From: Eggerthellales bacterium
Lineage (GTDB): Bacteria; Actinomycetota; Coriobacteriia; Coriobacteriales; Eggerthellaceae
NCBI GenBank assembly: GCA_029225085.1
Contig: JAQXVU010000010.1
Span: 23,816 to 87,815, forward strand
Direction of reading: 5' to 3'
DNA length: 64,000 nucleotides
The translations under genes were made by a program, and so were the position numbers. The notes beneath the pieces are model-generated. The model saw only the letters and a list, made by a program, of their open reading frames with translations, was not told the origin of the DNA and made no database searches. This document shows positions 38,694-52,023 of this stretch, one piece after another (positions within the stretch are counted from its first letter, which is position 1; each line of letters opens with the position of its first letter).

Positions 38694-38981
38694 ATGATCC
38701 CTAAAATCGGCCCTCTTGAGTTGATCGTCATTCTCGTTGTCGTGCTGCTTCTCTTCGGACCTAAGAACCTTCCAAAGCTTGGTAGCGCAATTGGCAAGAC
38801 CGTGAAGAACCTTCGCGACGGCCTGAACAGCGGCAAGAAGGATAAGAAGAAGGAAGAGGAGGCTGCAGAGTCCGAGCCTCAGGCCATCGAGGCTGAGGTG
38901 GAGTCTAAGCCCGAGCCCAAGGCGGAGACCGTCGACGTTCCCGTTGAAGGCAAGCCTGCTCCCAAGTCTTCTGAGGAGTAA
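38694..38981 (+). CDS. tatA: twin-arginine translocase subunit TatA/E
   Basis: MIPKIGPLELIVILVVVLLLFGPKNLPKLGSAIGK... then a Lys/Glu-rich tail. RBS GGAGGA. The track ORF 38550 start lies inside the tRNA and is rejected. Confidence 0.9.
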   Translation: MIPKIGPLELIVILVVVLLLFGPKNLPKLGSAIGKTVKNLRDGLNSGKKDKKKEEEAAESEPQAIEAEVESKPEPKAETVDVPVEGKPAPKSSEE

Positions 38982-39119
38982 GCAAAAGAAGTCGGAGCCC
39001 AGTTCCCCTGACTTTGTTGCATTCATAGATTTTTTAAGCATGCCATCCTGCGGGGTGGCATGTTGACGAATTGAAGTATCATATACAGCTGTCGTTTTCT
39101 AACGGAGGTATAGACAGTT

Positions 39120-39590
39120 ATGGCTGAATCTGAATACGTACTCACCCAGGAAGGTAAGGAGAAGCTCGAGGAGGAGCTTCACTACCTCGAGAACGAGAAG
39201 CGCGCTGAGGTTGGCGAGCGCATCCGCGTTGCCCGCGAGTTCGGCGACATCTCTGAGAACTCTGAGTACGATGATGCTAAGAACGAGCAGGCTCAGATGG
39301 AAGCTCGCATTGCCGAGATTAACTACATCCTGTCTGAGGCTACGGTGGTCAGCACCCCTAAGCGTTCGAGCAAGGTGAACATCGGCGCTAAGGTCACGGT
39401 CGATTGGGGCGGCAAGGAGCGCGTCTTCAACATCGTGGGCTCTGCTGAGAGCAACATCGCCGAGAACAAGATCTCTAACGAGAGCCCTGTGGGAGCAGCG
39501 CTCATCGGTCACAAGAAGGGTGACACCGTTACTGCGACGGGGCCAACCGGACGTGAGATCAGCATGGTGATTCTGAAGATCGAGCATTAA
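39120..39590 (+). CDS. greA: transcription elongation factor GreA
   Basis: LTQEGKEKLEEEL..L....R.EV..RI..AREFGDISENSEYDDAK coiled-coil plus a C-terminal FKBP-like domain. Confidence 0.95.
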   Translation: MAESEYVLTQEGKEKLEEELHYLENEKRAEVGERIRVAREFGDISENSEYDDAKNEQAQMEARIAEINYILSEATVVSTPKRSSKVNIGAKVTVDWGGKERVFNIVGSAESNIAENKISNESPVGAALIGHKKGDTVTATGPTGREISMVILKIEH

Positions 39591-39595
39591 AGGAA

Positions 39596-39618
39596 ACGGC
39601 CCCTTGGGGCCGTTTTTT
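39596..39618 (+). terminator. intrinsic terminator after greA
   Basis: ACGGCCCC-TT-GGGGCCGT followed by TTTTTT. Confidence 0.8.
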
Positions 39619-39753
39619 GTTTGAAGCCCTGCATGGGGCGGCTAAATGGCCTTTGCGGCGGCGAAAAAGCCCCGTTGCAAGGGCGACTCCGATGACGAAA
39701 CTTCCCTCGGAAACCAGGGTTTCCGAGGTTTCCATTTCTGAGAAAGGTAGTGA

Positions 39754-41259
39754 ATGAGCGAGGAAATTAAGACCGAGACCCCTGTGATCGAGGACGACCC
39801 CATCGAGGTTCGCCGCGCCAAGCGCGCCGCCCTCATCGAGGCAGGTAAGGAGCCCTATGGCCACGCCTTCCCCGTCACCCATCACGTAGAGGAGCTTGAC
39901 GAGAAGTACGCCAACCTCGAGGACGGCGAGACCACCGAGGATAGGGTGGTCATTGCCGGACGCCTCATGTCCAAGCGCAATCAGGGCAAGATCATCTTCG
40001 GCGAGCTGCGCGACAGCACCGGCGACATTCAGCTGTTCTGCCGCATCAACGCTCTGGGCGAGGAGGCCTTCGAGGAGCTGAAGGACATCGACATGGGCGA
40101 CTGGATTGGCGTCGAGGGCGTTATGATGCGCACCCGTCGCGGCCAGCTGTCCGTTGCCGTTGACTCCTTCGAGCTGCTGAGCAAGAGCCTGCGTCCTCTG
40201 CCCGAGAAGTTCCACGGCCTGGCTGACAAGGAGATCCGCTATCGCCAGCGCTATGTCGACCTGATCGTGAACCCCGAGGTGAAGGACACCTTCGCAAAGC
40301 GTTCTAAGATCGTGTCCGCCATCCGCCGTTATATGGAAGAGCAGGGCTTCATGGAGGTAGAGACCCCCTTCCTGCACTCCATCATGGGTGGCGCCAACGC
40401 ACGCCCCTTCACCACCCACTTCAACGCTCTCGATCGCGATTACTACCTGCGCATCGCCACTGAGCTGCCCCTGAAGCGTTTGCTGGTGGGCGGCTTCGAG
40501 AAGGTCTTCGAGATCGGCCGTCAGTTCCGCAACGAGGGCATGGATCCCTTCCACAACCCCGAGTTCACCACCATGGAAGCCTACCAGGCCTTCACCGACC
40601 TTGACGGCATGATGGAGCTGACCCAGGGCTACATTCAGGCTGCTGCCATGGCTGCCTGCGGCACCCTGCAGATCACCTACCAGGGCACCGAGGTCGACCT
40701 GTCCGGCGAGTGGCCTCGCCGCACCATGGCCGAGCTGGCCACCGAGGGTGCTGGCGAAGAGGTGAGCTTCGATCGCAGCCGTGAGGATCTGGTTGCCATT
40801 CTCGAGCGCAACGGCGGCCATGCCGAGGACGCCTGGGGCAAGGGCAAGCTCATTGCCGAGATCTTCGAGGCCGTTGCCGAGGAGAAGCTCATTCAACCCA
40901 CCTTCGTCATCGACCATCCTCTGGAGGTTTCCCCTCTGGCTAAGAAGAAGCCTTCCGATCCTAACTACACCCAGCGTTTCGAGCTGTTCATCATCGGCCA
41001 CGAGTACGCTAACGCCTTCACCGAGCTGAACGACCCCGTCGATCAGGCTGAGCGCTTCCAGGCTCAGGTTGACGCCAAGGACTTCGGCGACGACGAGGCC
41101 ATGGGCTTCGACCACGATTACATCCGTGCTCTCGAGTACGGCATGCCTCCTGCTGGCGGCGTGGGCATTGGCATCGACCGTCTGGTCATGCTGCTCACCG
41201 ACAGCCCCACTATCCGTGACGTTCTCCTGTTCCCCCACATGAGGGAGGAAGCGAGGTAG
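39754..41259 (+). CDS. lysS: lysyl-tRNA synthetase (class II)
   Basis: OB anticodon-binding domain, class II motifs (FRNEG, GIGIDRLVMLLT). Confidence 0.96.
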   Translation: MSEEIKTETPVIEDDPIEVRRAKRAALIEAGKEPYGHAFPVTHHVEELDEKYANLEDGETTEDRVVIAGRLMSKRNQGKIIFGELRDSTGDIQLFCRINALGEEAFEELKDIDMGDWIGVEGVMMRTRRGQLSVAVDSFELLSKSLRPLPEKFHGLADKEIRYRQRYVDLIVNPEVKDTFAKRSKIVSAIRRYMEEQGFMEVETPFLHSIMGGANARPFTTHFNALDRDYYLRIATELPLKRLLVGGFEKVFEIGRQFRNEGMDPFHNPEFTTMEAYQAFTDLDGMMELTQGYIQAAAMAACGTLQITYQGTEVDLSGEWPRRTMAELATEGAGEEVSFDRSREDLVAILERNGGHAEDAWGKGKLIAEIFEAVAEEKLIQPTFVIDHPLEVSPLAKKKPSDPNYTQRFELFIIGHEYANAFTELNDPVDQAERFQAQVDAKDFGDDEAMGFDHDYIRALEYGMPPAGGVGIGIDRLVMLLTDSPTIRDVLLFPHMREEAR

Positions 41260-41265
41260 CTAACG

Positions 41266-43848
<2,583 letters not shown>

Positions 43849-43956
43849 GCTGGTTGCGGGCGAGCCGAGCGCACCGGTGGGTTTCGTGCTGATTTGGTTG
43901 TGCAAGGCGTAAGCCCCAGACTGAGCTGAGTCGCAAGGCAAAGTGAACTACAATAG

Positions 43957-43990
43957 CTGCAGCGGCGGTTTTCCGTCGCTGCAGTTTTCT
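43957..43990 (+). terminator. intrinsic terminator after clpC
   Basis: Stem CTGCAGCG/CGCTGCAG with a 12-nt loop, followed by TTTTCT. Confidence 0.65.
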
Positions 43991-44048
43991 ACGTTCTACG
44001 AGAATTCATTGGCCCAGCAAGGGCCGCGTTATATGCAAGGAGGGCATA

Positions 44049-45002
44049 ATGGCGGAGCATAAGGCAACGGGCAACGCCACCGATCCCGTATGGGTCCCAC
44101 CGGTACTCTCATCCTTCAATTCCATGGTCGAATCCGGTGCGGGGGAGGGAGCTTCCTCGGCGCCTGTCATTCATCCCGGCGTGGTAGATAAGAAGGCCAA
44201 GACCGCCGCCATTCTGCTGGCTGGCGGCTCTGGCGAGCGCTTCCGCCGTCAGGGCGGCAAGCAGCTGGTAGACATTGCCGGTCGTCCCACCCTCTCTTGG
44301 TCCCTGCAGGCTCTCGATGCCTGCCCTGACGTGGGCCTCATCGTGCTGGTTGGTCCTGAGGACCGCCGTGAGGAGTACTTCGAGAAGGCGGTCGAGCCCT
44401 TCGGCTTCGTGACCCCCATCGTCTTCGCCGAGGCGGGAACCAGCCGTCAGGAGTCTGCCTTCAGCGGTCTGTCCGCTGTGCCCGACAGCTATGAGTTCGT
44501 GGTGCTGCATGACGGTGCCAGGCCCCTGATCTCCGCCGAGGAGATCCTGCATACCATCAACACGGTGAAGGGTGACCTCCTGGCCGACGGCGCTATCGTC
44601 GCCTATCGCTCTATCGACACCCTGAAGGTGGTCGAGGACGGTATGGTGGTGGGCACTCCCGATCGCTCCGTGCTCTGGAACGCTCAGACTCCCCAGGTCT
44701 TCCGTACCGGCATCTACCGCCGTGCCCATGCCGCTGCTTTGGCTGATGGCTTCGTGGGCACCGACGACTCCTCCCTCATCGAGCGCTTGGGCGGTCGCGT
44801 GGTGGTGGTCGAGGGTTCCCGCAGCAACATCAAGCTGACGGTTCCCGAGGACTATCGCACGGTGACCAACGCCCTGCTCGACCTGTTCAACGGCAAGATG
44901 CAGCGTGTGGAAGATGGGGCTGCAGCCAAGCCCGCTGCCAGCCAGCCTGCTGATGCCGCAACCGACCAGCCCGCTGCCGATGCTGATTCAAAGGCAGAGT
45001 AG
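44049..45002 (+). CDS. ispD: 2-C-methyl-D-erythritol 4-phosphate cytidylyltransferase with N- and C-terminal extensions
   Basis: [13 protein letters not shown]...KQL core. RBS AAGGAGGG supports ATG 44049, which adds about 50 extra N-terminal residues. Confidence 0.88.
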   Translation: MAEHKATGNATDPVWVPPVLSSFNSMVESGAGEGASSAPVIHPGVVDKKAKTAAILLAGGSGERFRRQGGKQLVDIAGRPTLSWSLQALDACPDVGLIVLVGPEDRREEYFEKAVEPFGFVTPIVFAEAGTSRQESAFSGLSAVPDSYEFVVLHDGARPLISAEEILHTINTVKGDLLADGAIVAYRSIDTLKVVEDGMVVGTPDRSVLWNAQTPQVFRTGIYRRAHAAALADGFVGTDDSSLIERLGGRVVVVEGSRSNIKLTVPEDYRTVTNALLDLFNGKMQRVEDGAAAKPAASQPADAATDQPAADADSKAE

Positions 45003-45010
45003 GGGGCCCG

Positions 45011-45523
45011 GTGAGCGAATCATTTCTGCAGTTTGATCCCCGTGACCTGCGCATTGGCCAGGGTATGGATGTGCACGCCCTGGTAGAGGGCCGTCCGCTG
45101 ATCATCGGCGGCGTGAACATCCCCCACGAGAAGGGCCTCGACGGTCACTCCGACGCCGACGTGCTGGCCCACGCCATTGCCGACGCCTTGCTCGGCGCTG
45201 CTCGCTTGGGCGATATCGGCAAGCTGTTCCCCGATACGGACCCCGCCTACAAGGGGGCCGACTCCCTGGTGCTTCTGGGTCATGTGGCCCAGGCCGTGCG
45301 GGATGCCGGCTTCGACATCCTCGACGTCGATTCCGTCATCGCTGCCCAGCGCCCCAAGCTGTCTCCTCACCGGGACGCCATGCGAGAGAATCTGGCTCGT
45401 GCCATGGGGCTGCCTACGGAGAACGTGGGCGTGAAGGCCACCACCACGGAATGGCTGGGCTTCGAAGGTAGGGAAGAGGGCATCTCGGCTACCGCCAGCT
45501 GCCTGCTCTGTCGATGTCGTTAG
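45011..45523 (+). CDS. ispF: 2-C-methyl-D-erythritol 2,4-cyclodiphosphate synthase
   Basis: [11 protein letters not shown]...[18 protein letters not shown]...GDIG..FPD. GTG start. Confidence 0.92.
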   Translation: MSESFLQFDPRDLRIGQGMDVHALVEGRPLIIGGVNIPHEKGLDGHSDADVLAHAIADALLGAARLGDIGKLFPDTDPAYKGADSLVLLGHVAQAVRDAGFDILDVDSVIAAQRPKLSPHRDAMRENLARAMGLPTENVGVKATTTEWLGFEGREEGISATASCLLCRCR

Positions 45524-45670
45524 CCGTCAGGCATCTTCCAAATCTGTTTTGCGGGATATAGCATTACTGCGAAACAACGTATGGGCGAAGCCCCCACGAT
45601 GCGCGAGCCTTCGCGCTGGGACTGCCGCCACGCAACGCTCTTTCACGCATGTTCGGCCCAGGAGGACCCC

Positions 45671-47170
45671 ATGATTAAGCTTTACAACACCCAGACTCAC
45701 CAGAAGGAAGAGTTCAAGCCCGTTGAAGAGGGCAAGGTGCGCATGTACGTCTGCGGACCAACGGTCTACAACCGCATCCACATCGGCAACGCCCGCACCT
45801 TTATCTCCTTCGACACCATTCGCCGCTACTTCATGTATCGCGGCTATGAGGTGACCTTCGTGCAGAACGTCACCGATGTCGACGATAAGATCATCACCAA
45901 GGCAAACCAGGAGGGCCGCACCGCCGCCGAGGTCGCCTCTGAGTTCACCGATGCCTTCATCAGCGACATGCGCGCCGCCGGCGTCATGGATCCCGACGTG
46001 CGCCCTAAGGCCACCAAGGAGATCGGCGAGATGATCAAGCTGGTGAAGACCCTTATCGACAAGGGCCACGCCTACGCCACCGAGGAAGGCGACGTGTACT
46101 TCTCTGTTCGCTCCTTCCCCGAGTACGGCAAGCTTTCTGGTCGCAACATCGACGAGATGGAAGGCGGTCATCGCGAGCTCCGCGCCGATGGTCAGGGTCT
46201 GGAAGATCGCAAGCGCGATCCGCTGGATTTCGCCCTCTGGAAGGCGGCAAAGCCCGGCGAGCCCTCTTGGGGCTCCCCTTGGGGACAGGGTCGTCCCGGC
46301 TGGCACATCGAGTGCTCCGCTATGTCTAAGAAGTACCTGGGTCTGCCCATCGACATTCACGGTGGTGGCGCTGACCTGGTGTTTCCTCATCATGAGAACG
46401 AGGTGGCTCAGTCCGAGGCCGCCTATGGCTGCTGCTTCTCGAACTACTGGATGCACGGCGGCATGCTGCAGGTGAATCACGAGAAGATGTCGAAGAGCCT
46501 GGGCAACTTCCTGCTGCTGAACGAGGTTCTCGAGCGCACTGACCCTGTGGTGCTGCGCATGCTCATGCTGCAGACTCACTACCGCAGCCCCCTCGACTTC
46601 TCCGATGAGCGCCTCGATGAGAGCGCCCAGTCCGTGGCTCGCATCGCCAACGCCCTGAAGAACATGAATTGGGCCATCGCCCATGCCGAGGGAGAGGGCT
46701 CCCTCATCGACGCCGAGGGCCTGGCCGCTCGCGCGCAGGCAATGAAGGACTCCTTCATTGAGTCTATGGACGACGACTTCAACACTGCTGGCGCCCTGGG
46801 TCACATCTTCACCTTCGTGGGCGACATCAACACCATGTGCGTGAACCGCGCCATCTCCGCTTCCGATGCCCTGGTGGTGAAGGCCGCCCAGGATACCCTG
46901 GTGGAGCTTCTGAACGTTCTGGGTCTGCCCATTCAGGCTGCCGAGGACACTTCTAACTATCCCGCCGAGACTGTTACCCTCGCTGCTGAGCTGGCAGGAT
47001 ACGAGGGCTCCGATCCCGCTGAGGCAGCGTCGGCCCTGCTCGATGCCCGTGCTGCTGCTCGTAAGGCCAAGGACTTCGCCACCGCCGACAAGGTGCGCGA
47101 CGGCCTCACCAGTCTGGGATTCACCATCGAGGACACCCCTCAGGGTGCCCGCGTCACCTTCAACGGTTAG
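45671..47170 (+). CDS. cysS: cysteinyl-tRNA synthetase
   Basis: [18 protein letters not shown] (HIGH motif), [18 protein letters not shown] before ATG 45671, which is internal to track ORF 45581. Confidence 0.96.
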   Translation: MIKLYNTQTHQKEEFKPVEEGKVRMYVCGPTVYNRIHIGNARTFISFDTIRRYFMYRGYEVTFVQNVTDVDDKIITKANQEGRTAAEVASEFTDAFISDMRAAGVMDPDVRPKATKEIGEMIKLVKTLIDKGHAYATEEGDVYFSVRSFPEYGKLSGRNIDEMEGGHRELRADGQGLEDRKRDPLDFALWKAAKPGEPSWGSPWGQGRPGWHIECSAMSKKYLGLPIDIHGGGADLVFPHHENEVAQSEAAYGCCFSNYWMHGGMLQVNHEKMSKSLGNFLLLNEVLERTDPVVLRMLMLQTHYRSPLDFSDERLDESAQSVARIANALKNMNWAIAHAEGEGSLIDAEGLAARAQAMKDSFIESMDDDFNTAGALGHIFTFVGDINTMCVNRAISASDALVVKAAQDTLVELLNVLGLPIQAAEDTSNYPAETVTLAAELAGYEGSDPAEAASALLDARAAARKAKDFATADKVRDGLTSLGFTIEDTPQGARVTFNG

Positions 47171-47291
47171 GCGCTAGCCTATATACACGAACGCAATCGG
47201 CCCGTTGTGAGACGGGCCGATGTTACGAGGAGCCTGGAAACCGGCATGTCGAGGCACCTAGAAGCCAACATACATTCGACGTTAGGAACTA

Positions 47292-48935
47292 ATGAGCAAC
47301 AAAGAAGGTCAGCAAAAGAGCCCTGTCTCGAGGAAGGGGCAGGGCGTCGATAAAACGGTGCGCATGGGCAATGCTCCCGTGCCCGGACTGCTGTTGGAGT
47401 TCGCCATTCCCTCTATCGTGGGCATGCTCATCAACAGCTGCTACAACGTAATCTCTACTATTTTCCTGGGTCAGGCCATGGGTGCTGCGGGCCTTGCCGT
47501 TACCACGGCGGCCTTTCCCATCATGATCATCTTCATGGCTCTGGCCATGCTGGTGGGCAACGGCGGCAACGCTCTGGCCTCCCTGCGCTTGGGCCAGGGC
47601 AAGCGCGACGCTGCTGAGCTCTCCCTGGGCAACACGGTGACCTTGGGCATCATCATCTCCGTTATCGTGTTCGCCTTCGTGTCTATCCCGCCCTGCATGG
47701 ATCTGCTCCTTTCCATCTCCTCGACCACGCCGGAGATCTACGAGCTCACCCGCAACTACGTGTGGATCCTCGCCGCAGGCGTTGTCTTCCAGGTCATCGG
47801 CCTGGGCGTGAACAACTTTATCCGTACCGCAGGCGCTCCCAATCGCGCTCTGGTGACCATGCTCATCGGTGCGTTCTCCAGTATCTTCTTCAACTGGCTG
47901 TTCGTCATGGTCTTCGGTTGGGGTGTGGAAGGCTCCGCTCTGGCTACCGTGGTGGGCTGGTTTTTGTCCTGCATCTCGGTGCTGTGGTACTTCGTGCTGA
48001 CCCCTGGCGTGCCCCTGAAGCTCCGCGCCCGGTACATGCCTCTGGATGGTCCTGTGGTGAAGGAGATCCTCACCCTGGGCATGGCAAGCTTCCTGCTGCA
48101 GACGGCGAACTGCGTGGCCAATCTCTTCGTGAACTACCAGCTGGTGAAGTACGGTGCTCTGGCACCTATTGGCGCCGAGAATGCTCTGGCATCTATTGGC
48201 GTCGTGGGCAAGATCGCCGGCATCGCCTTCATGCCCATTGTGGGTGTGGCTACCGCCGCCCAGCCCCTCATCGGTTACAACTACGGTGCGGGCAAGCTGA
48301 AGCGCGTGCGTCAGACGTTGGGCTTCGCCATTCTGTACGCCATCATTCTGGGCGTTGCCATTTGGGCGGTAACCCGTATCTGGCCCACCCAGATCGTGGG
48401 CGCCTTTGGCGTGGCTGACGACCTGATGGAACTCAGCCTCTTTGCGCTGGAAGTGCAGATGCTCCTCATCCCGGTGGTGGGCGTGCAGGTATGCTCCGGC
48501 AACTACTTCCAGGCTACGGGCCAGCCTATGAAGAGCATCTTCCTGTCCCTCATCCGTCAGGTTCTGTACTTCATCCCCGCGCTGCTCATCCTGCCCGAGG
48601 TGCTGCCTCTGTTCCTGCCAGTCGATGGTCTGAACGCTATTTTCGCGACCTGGCCGGTGGCTGACGCTCTGTCCGTGGTGACGGCGGGCATCTTCATCGC
48701 CTTCGAGCTTCGTCGCCTTGGCAAGTTGGAGCGCGGTGAGATCACCGACAAGTATGCTGGCGTCGGCCATGGTGACGCTCATGCCAGTGACACTCATGCC
48801 AGTGACGCTCATGCCGGTGACGGCCATGCCGGTGACGCTCATGCCACCGCCGACCATGCTGGTGACGCTCATGCCACCGCCGACCGTGCTGAGGGTAAAG
48901 CTACAGAAGAAGCGCCCGCATCTGAGAAGGCATAG
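47292..48935 (+). CDS. MATE-family efflux transporter with His/Asp-rich (DxHAx)n C-terminal tail
   Basis: 12-TM MATE layout (PGLLLEFAIPSIVGMLINSCYN...). Tail HGDAHASDTHASDAHAGDGHAGDAHATADHAGDAHATAD is encoded by 15-bp tandem repeats. Confidence 0.85.
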   Translation: MSNKEGQQKSPVSRKGQGVDKTVRMGNAPVPGLLLEFAIPSIVGMLINSCYNVISTIFLGQAMGAAGLAVTTAAFPIMIIFMALAMLVGNGGNALASLRLGQGKRDAAELSLGNTVTLGIIISVIVFAFVSIPPCMDLLLSISSTTPEIYELTRNYVWILAAGVVFQVIGLGVNNFIRTAGAPNRALVTMLIGAFSSIFFNWLFVMVFGWGVEGSALATVVGWFLSCISVLWYFVLTPGVPLKLRARYMPLDGPVVKEILTLGMASFLLQTANCVANLFVNYQLVKYGALAPIGAENALASIGVVGKIAGIAFMPIVGVATAAQPLIGYNYGAGKLKRVRQTLGFAILYAIILGVAIWAVTRIWPTQIVGAFGVADDLMELSLFALEVQMLLIPVVGVQVCSGNYFQATGQPMKSIFLSLIRQVLYFIPALLILPEVLPLFLPVDGLNAIFATWPVADALSVVTAGIFIAFELRRLGKLERGEITDKYAGVGHGDAHASDTHASDAHAGDGHAGDAHATADHAGDAHATADRAEGKATEEAPASEKA

Positions 48936-49004
48936 GCTTTCACAAGCTTTGAACGCGCATCGGAGCGCGGTGCGTGTTAATTTCGCTCGTTGCGCGTAAA
49001 AAGA

Positions 49005-49031
49005 GGGGGACGACCGTTTGGTCGTCCCCCC
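49005..49031 (+). terminator. bidirectional terminator between convergent genes
   Basis: GGGGGACGACC-GTTT-GGTCGTCCCCC, flanked by an A-run and a T-rich tail. Confidence 0.75.
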
Positions 49032-49067
49032 TTGCGTTTGCGGTCGTGAATTCCGAAGTCGCAGGCG

Positions 49068-49679
49068 CTAGCAGATCTCGGAGAAGTCGAAGCCCGCTGA
49101 GCCACCGCCACGGCTGGCGAAGCGGTCGGACATGCCCATGCCGCCGAACTCATCGAACTCGTCGAAGCCGCCCCTTTCGGAAATCAGGGTATCCTCGCGG
49201 AAGTCCTGCATGGCGGGCCAGGGGTTGGTGAGGTCGACGATGGCGGCCTTCGTTACCAGGCGTTCTTCCACACTGACGATGGCGACGCTGGGGTTAGAGC
49301 CCTCACGGGGATCGGTGGGGGAACCAGGGTTCAGCCAGATGACTCCCTTCGAAGTTTCCATCGAAGGAACGTGGGTGTGGCCAGAGATAACGCACTCGCA
49401 CCTGCGGGGTAGTTCGCCTAGGTCTTCCAACTTATGCACCAGGGCGAAGCGGCAGCCGTCGAAGGAAGGGGTGAGCTTGTCGGCTACGCGAGGGCCGTAA
49501 TCGAGGTCGCGGTCGCAGTTGCCGTATACCATGGTGGTAGGGGCAATGGTTCGCAGCTCATCGAAGGTTTCGAGGCTGCAGGTGTCGCCAGCGCAGAGAA
49601 TGGCGCCGCAGCCTGCGAAGACCTCGTGGACGATTTCAGGCAGCGGACCGTGAATGTCTGAGATGACTCCAATATTCAT
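49068..49679 (-). CDS. YfcE/MJ0936-family metallophosphoesterase with acidic/Phe-rich C-terminal tail
   Basis: MNIGVISDIHG...GDT...GNCD...ISGHTH motifs. RBS AGGAG. Internal start of track ORF 49068..49739. Confidence 0.85.
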   Translation of the reverse strand: MNIGVISDIHGPLPEIVHEVFAGCGAILCAGDTCSLETFDELRTIAPTTMVYGNCDRDLDYGPRVADKLTPSFDGCRFALVHKLEDLGELPRRCECVISGHTHVPSMETSKGVIWLNPGSPTDPREGSNPSVAIVSVEERLVTKAAIVDLTNPWPAMQDFREDTLISERGGFDEFDEFGGMGMSDRFASRGGGSAGFDFSEIC

Positions 49680-49795
49680 AAGGGACTCCTGTTCTTTCCC
49701 GTGGGTTTCGGGAAGACAGTATAGAATAAGCACACGCACGGGGTACTACCCCGACGTTTTCTTCACGATTCGACCCCCGAAAGGGAGATAGCAGT

Positions 49796-50545
49796 ATGGC
49801 TGAATATATCGAGGGCAAGCGCCCTATCCTAGAGGCAATGCGCAACGGCATGACCCTGTCTACGATCTTCATGGCGGACAACCTGAAGCAGGACAGCCTG
49901 GTTACCGACGTGCTGCGCAAGGCCAAGAAGTTCGATGTGCCGGTGAAGAAGGTTCCCCGCAAGAAGCTGGACGAGATGTCCGAGCGCGGTAGCCATCAGG
50001 GCCTCATCGCCAAGACCCAGGGCTTCCCCTATGTGAACCTGCAGGAGATTGTAGATGCTGCCACGAAGAAGGCCGAGGAAACCGGCTCTGCTCTGGTGAT
50101 CCTCCTCGATCACATCACCGATGCTGGCAATCTGGGCGCCATCGCTCGTTCCGCTGAGGTGGTGGGTGCTTCCGGCATCGTCATCCCCAACAAGCGCAGC
50201 GCTCATGTAACGGCCGCTACCTACAAGAGCTCCGCCGGTGCCATCGCCAGCATGAAGGTTGCGCAGGTAGCTAACCTGAAGCAGGCCATCGACCGCCTGA
50301 AGGAGGCGGGCTTCTGGGTGGCCGGTGCTTCTGAGCATGCCAAGGACACTCTGTGGAAGGCCAACTTGAAGGGCAAGATGGTGCTGGTCATGGGCAACGA
50401 GGGCGAGGGACTTGCTCGCCTCACCCAGGAGAACTGCGACTTCTTCGTGACCTTGCCTCAGTTCGGCAAGACCGCTTCTCTGAATGTTGCCCAGGCTTCC
50501 ACCGCGCTTATGTACGAATGGCTCCGACAGAACTATGACGACTAA
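49796..50545 (+). CDS. rlmB: TrmH/SpoU-family 23S rRNA 2'-O-ribose methyltransferase (RlmB/YacO-like)
   Basis: SpoU substrate-binding N-terminus, HQG, NLGAIARSAE, VMGNEGEGL, and SLNV motifs. The context cysS...rlmB-yacP is conserved in Gram-positives. Confidence 0.88.
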   Translation: MAEYIEGKRPILEAMRNGMTLSTIFMADNLKQDSLVTDVLRKAKKFDVPVKKVPRKKLDEMSERGSHQGLIAKTQGFPYVNLQEIVDAATKKAEETGSALVILLDHITDAGNLGAIARSAEVVGASGIVIPNKRSAHVTAATYKSSAGAIASMKVAQVANLKQAIDRLKEAGFWVAGASEHAKDTLWKANLKGKMVLVMGNEGEGLARLTQENCDFFVTLPQFGKTASLNVAQASTALMYEWLRQNYDD

Positions 50546-52022
50546 GAATTCGAAATCTTCGAAGCCCCGGGGCGGTAAGCCCGCGTCCGCGAAGGCGAAG
50601 GCCGCCAAGCCCAAGGGCGACAAGAAGAAGGCCCCTGAAACTCAGGCGCCTTCCAATTCGTTGTGCCCCGTGTCCCATCTCTGCGGCGCGTGCACCGCGA
50701 TTGATGTGCCCTATGATCGTCAGCTGGTCGAAAAGCAGCAGCGCATCGTCGACCTCTTCTGGCAGCAGTGCGACAAGGGCACTGACCTGCGGTTCATTAA
50801 AGGCATGAGCGATCCCTTCCACTATCGCAACAAGGTGATTTCTCCCTTTGCGCCAGGGAAGCCCCTGCCTCCTAAGAAGGGGGACAACCGCGGCAAGCAC
50901 AAGGCGGCTAGCCCTCGCAGGCAGATCCTCACGGGTATGTACGCTGCGGGCACCCATCGCCTGGTGGATACCAGCGCTTGCCTGCTCGAGAACCAGACGG
51001 CCACCCAGATCATCGCGGCTATCAAGGGTCTCATGGGCAAGTTCGGCATCGAGCCCTACGACGAGGATGAAGGTACCGGCTTCATGCGTCACGCGGTGGT
51101 GCGAGTCGGTCATACCTCCGGTGAGATTCTGGTGACCTTGGTGACCAATGGGCGGGAGTTCCCTGGGGCCAAGGCCTTCGCTCGCGAGCTGGTGAAGAAG
51201 GTTCCCGCTATCACCACGGTGGTGCAGAACGTGAACACGCGGCGCACCAACGTGATCCTGGGCAATGAGGAGCAGGTGATCTACGGACCCGGCTTCATCC
51301 TCGACAACCTCTGCGGGCTGAGCTTCCGCATTTCCTCCACCAGCTTCTACCAGGTCAGCGCTGGGTCTACTCAGGAGCTGTACGAGACCGCCATGCAGCT
51401 TGTCACCTGCGAATTGCCCGACCAGCCACCTCTGCCTCAGAGTCCGGTGGTTTTGGATGCTTACTGCGGTACGGGCACCATCGGTTTGGTGGCGGCTTCT
51501 CGGATGGAAGGTGCCCAGGTCATCGGCGTCGACTCCGTGGCTTCCGCCATTGCCGATGCGCGCTTGAACGCTCGCCACAACGGCATCACCAACGCGGAGT
51601 TCGTGGCTAGCGATGCCGGCGCTTTCATGCAGGAGCGGGCGGCTAAGGGTCTGCGCCTCGATGTGCTTCTGATGGATCCTCCTCGGGCCGGTTCCGATGA
51701 GGCCTTCCTGACCAGCGCGGTTGTGGCTGACCCTGCGCGCATCGTCTACATTTCCTGCAACCCGGAGACCCAGGCGCGGGATGTGGCCTTCCTGCAGCAG
51801 CGGGGCTACGAGCTGCGAGTGGTGCAGCCGGTAGATATGTTCCCTCATACCGACCACATCGAATGCGTCTGCCTGCTGGTGAAGACGTCGGGTGAAAAGG
51901 TGGAAGCCCCGCGCGCAGACGCTGCATTTGCAAGCGAACCCCTGAAGCTTGCGGGCGAAGCCGAAGGGATTTCGGGCGAAGATGTAGATGCCCCAAGCGA
52001 AGACGTTGAGAAGGAGGCTTAG
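50535..52022 (+). CDS. RumA/TrmA-family (uracil-5)-RNA methyltransferase, Lys-rich N-terminus, no obvious TRAM domain
   Basis: Cys cluster CPVSHLCGAC...C, FYQV, DAYCGTGTIG SAM motif, DPPRAG, and YISCNP. Overlaps the rlmB stop by 11 nt. Confidence 0.85.
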   Translation: MTTKNSKSSKPRGGKPASAKAKAAKPKGDKKKAPETQAPSNSLCPVSHLCGACTAIDVPYDRQLVEKQQRIVDLFWQQCDKGTDLRFIKGMSDPFHYRNKVISPFAPGKPLPPKKGDNRGKHKAASPRRQILTGMYAAGTHRLVDTSACLLENQTATQIIAAIKGLMGKFGIEPYDEDEGTGFMRHAVVRVGHTSGEILVTLVTNGREFPGAKAFARELVKKVPAITTVVQNVNTRRTNVILGNEEQVIYGPGFILDNLCGLSFRISSTSFYQVSAGSTQELYETAMQLVTCELPDQPPLPQSPVVLDAYCGTGTIGLVAASRMEGAQVIGVDSVASAIADARLNARHNGITNAEFVASDAGAFMQERAAKGLRLDVLLMDPPRAGSDEAFLTSAVVADPARIVYISCNPETQARDVAFLQQRGYELRVVQPVDMFPHTDHIECVCLLVKTSGEKVEAPRADAAFASEPLKLAGEAEGISGEDVDAPSEDVEKEA

Positions 52023-52023
52023 G

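Noticed and set aside
39039-39062. Hairpin CATGCCATCC-TGCG-GGGTGGCATG after tatA as an intrinsic terminator
   Set aside because: The 10-bp stem is good but it is followed by only two T residues. It is left uncalled as a feature. The same applies to the weak hairpins at 26458-26489 and 47196-47221.
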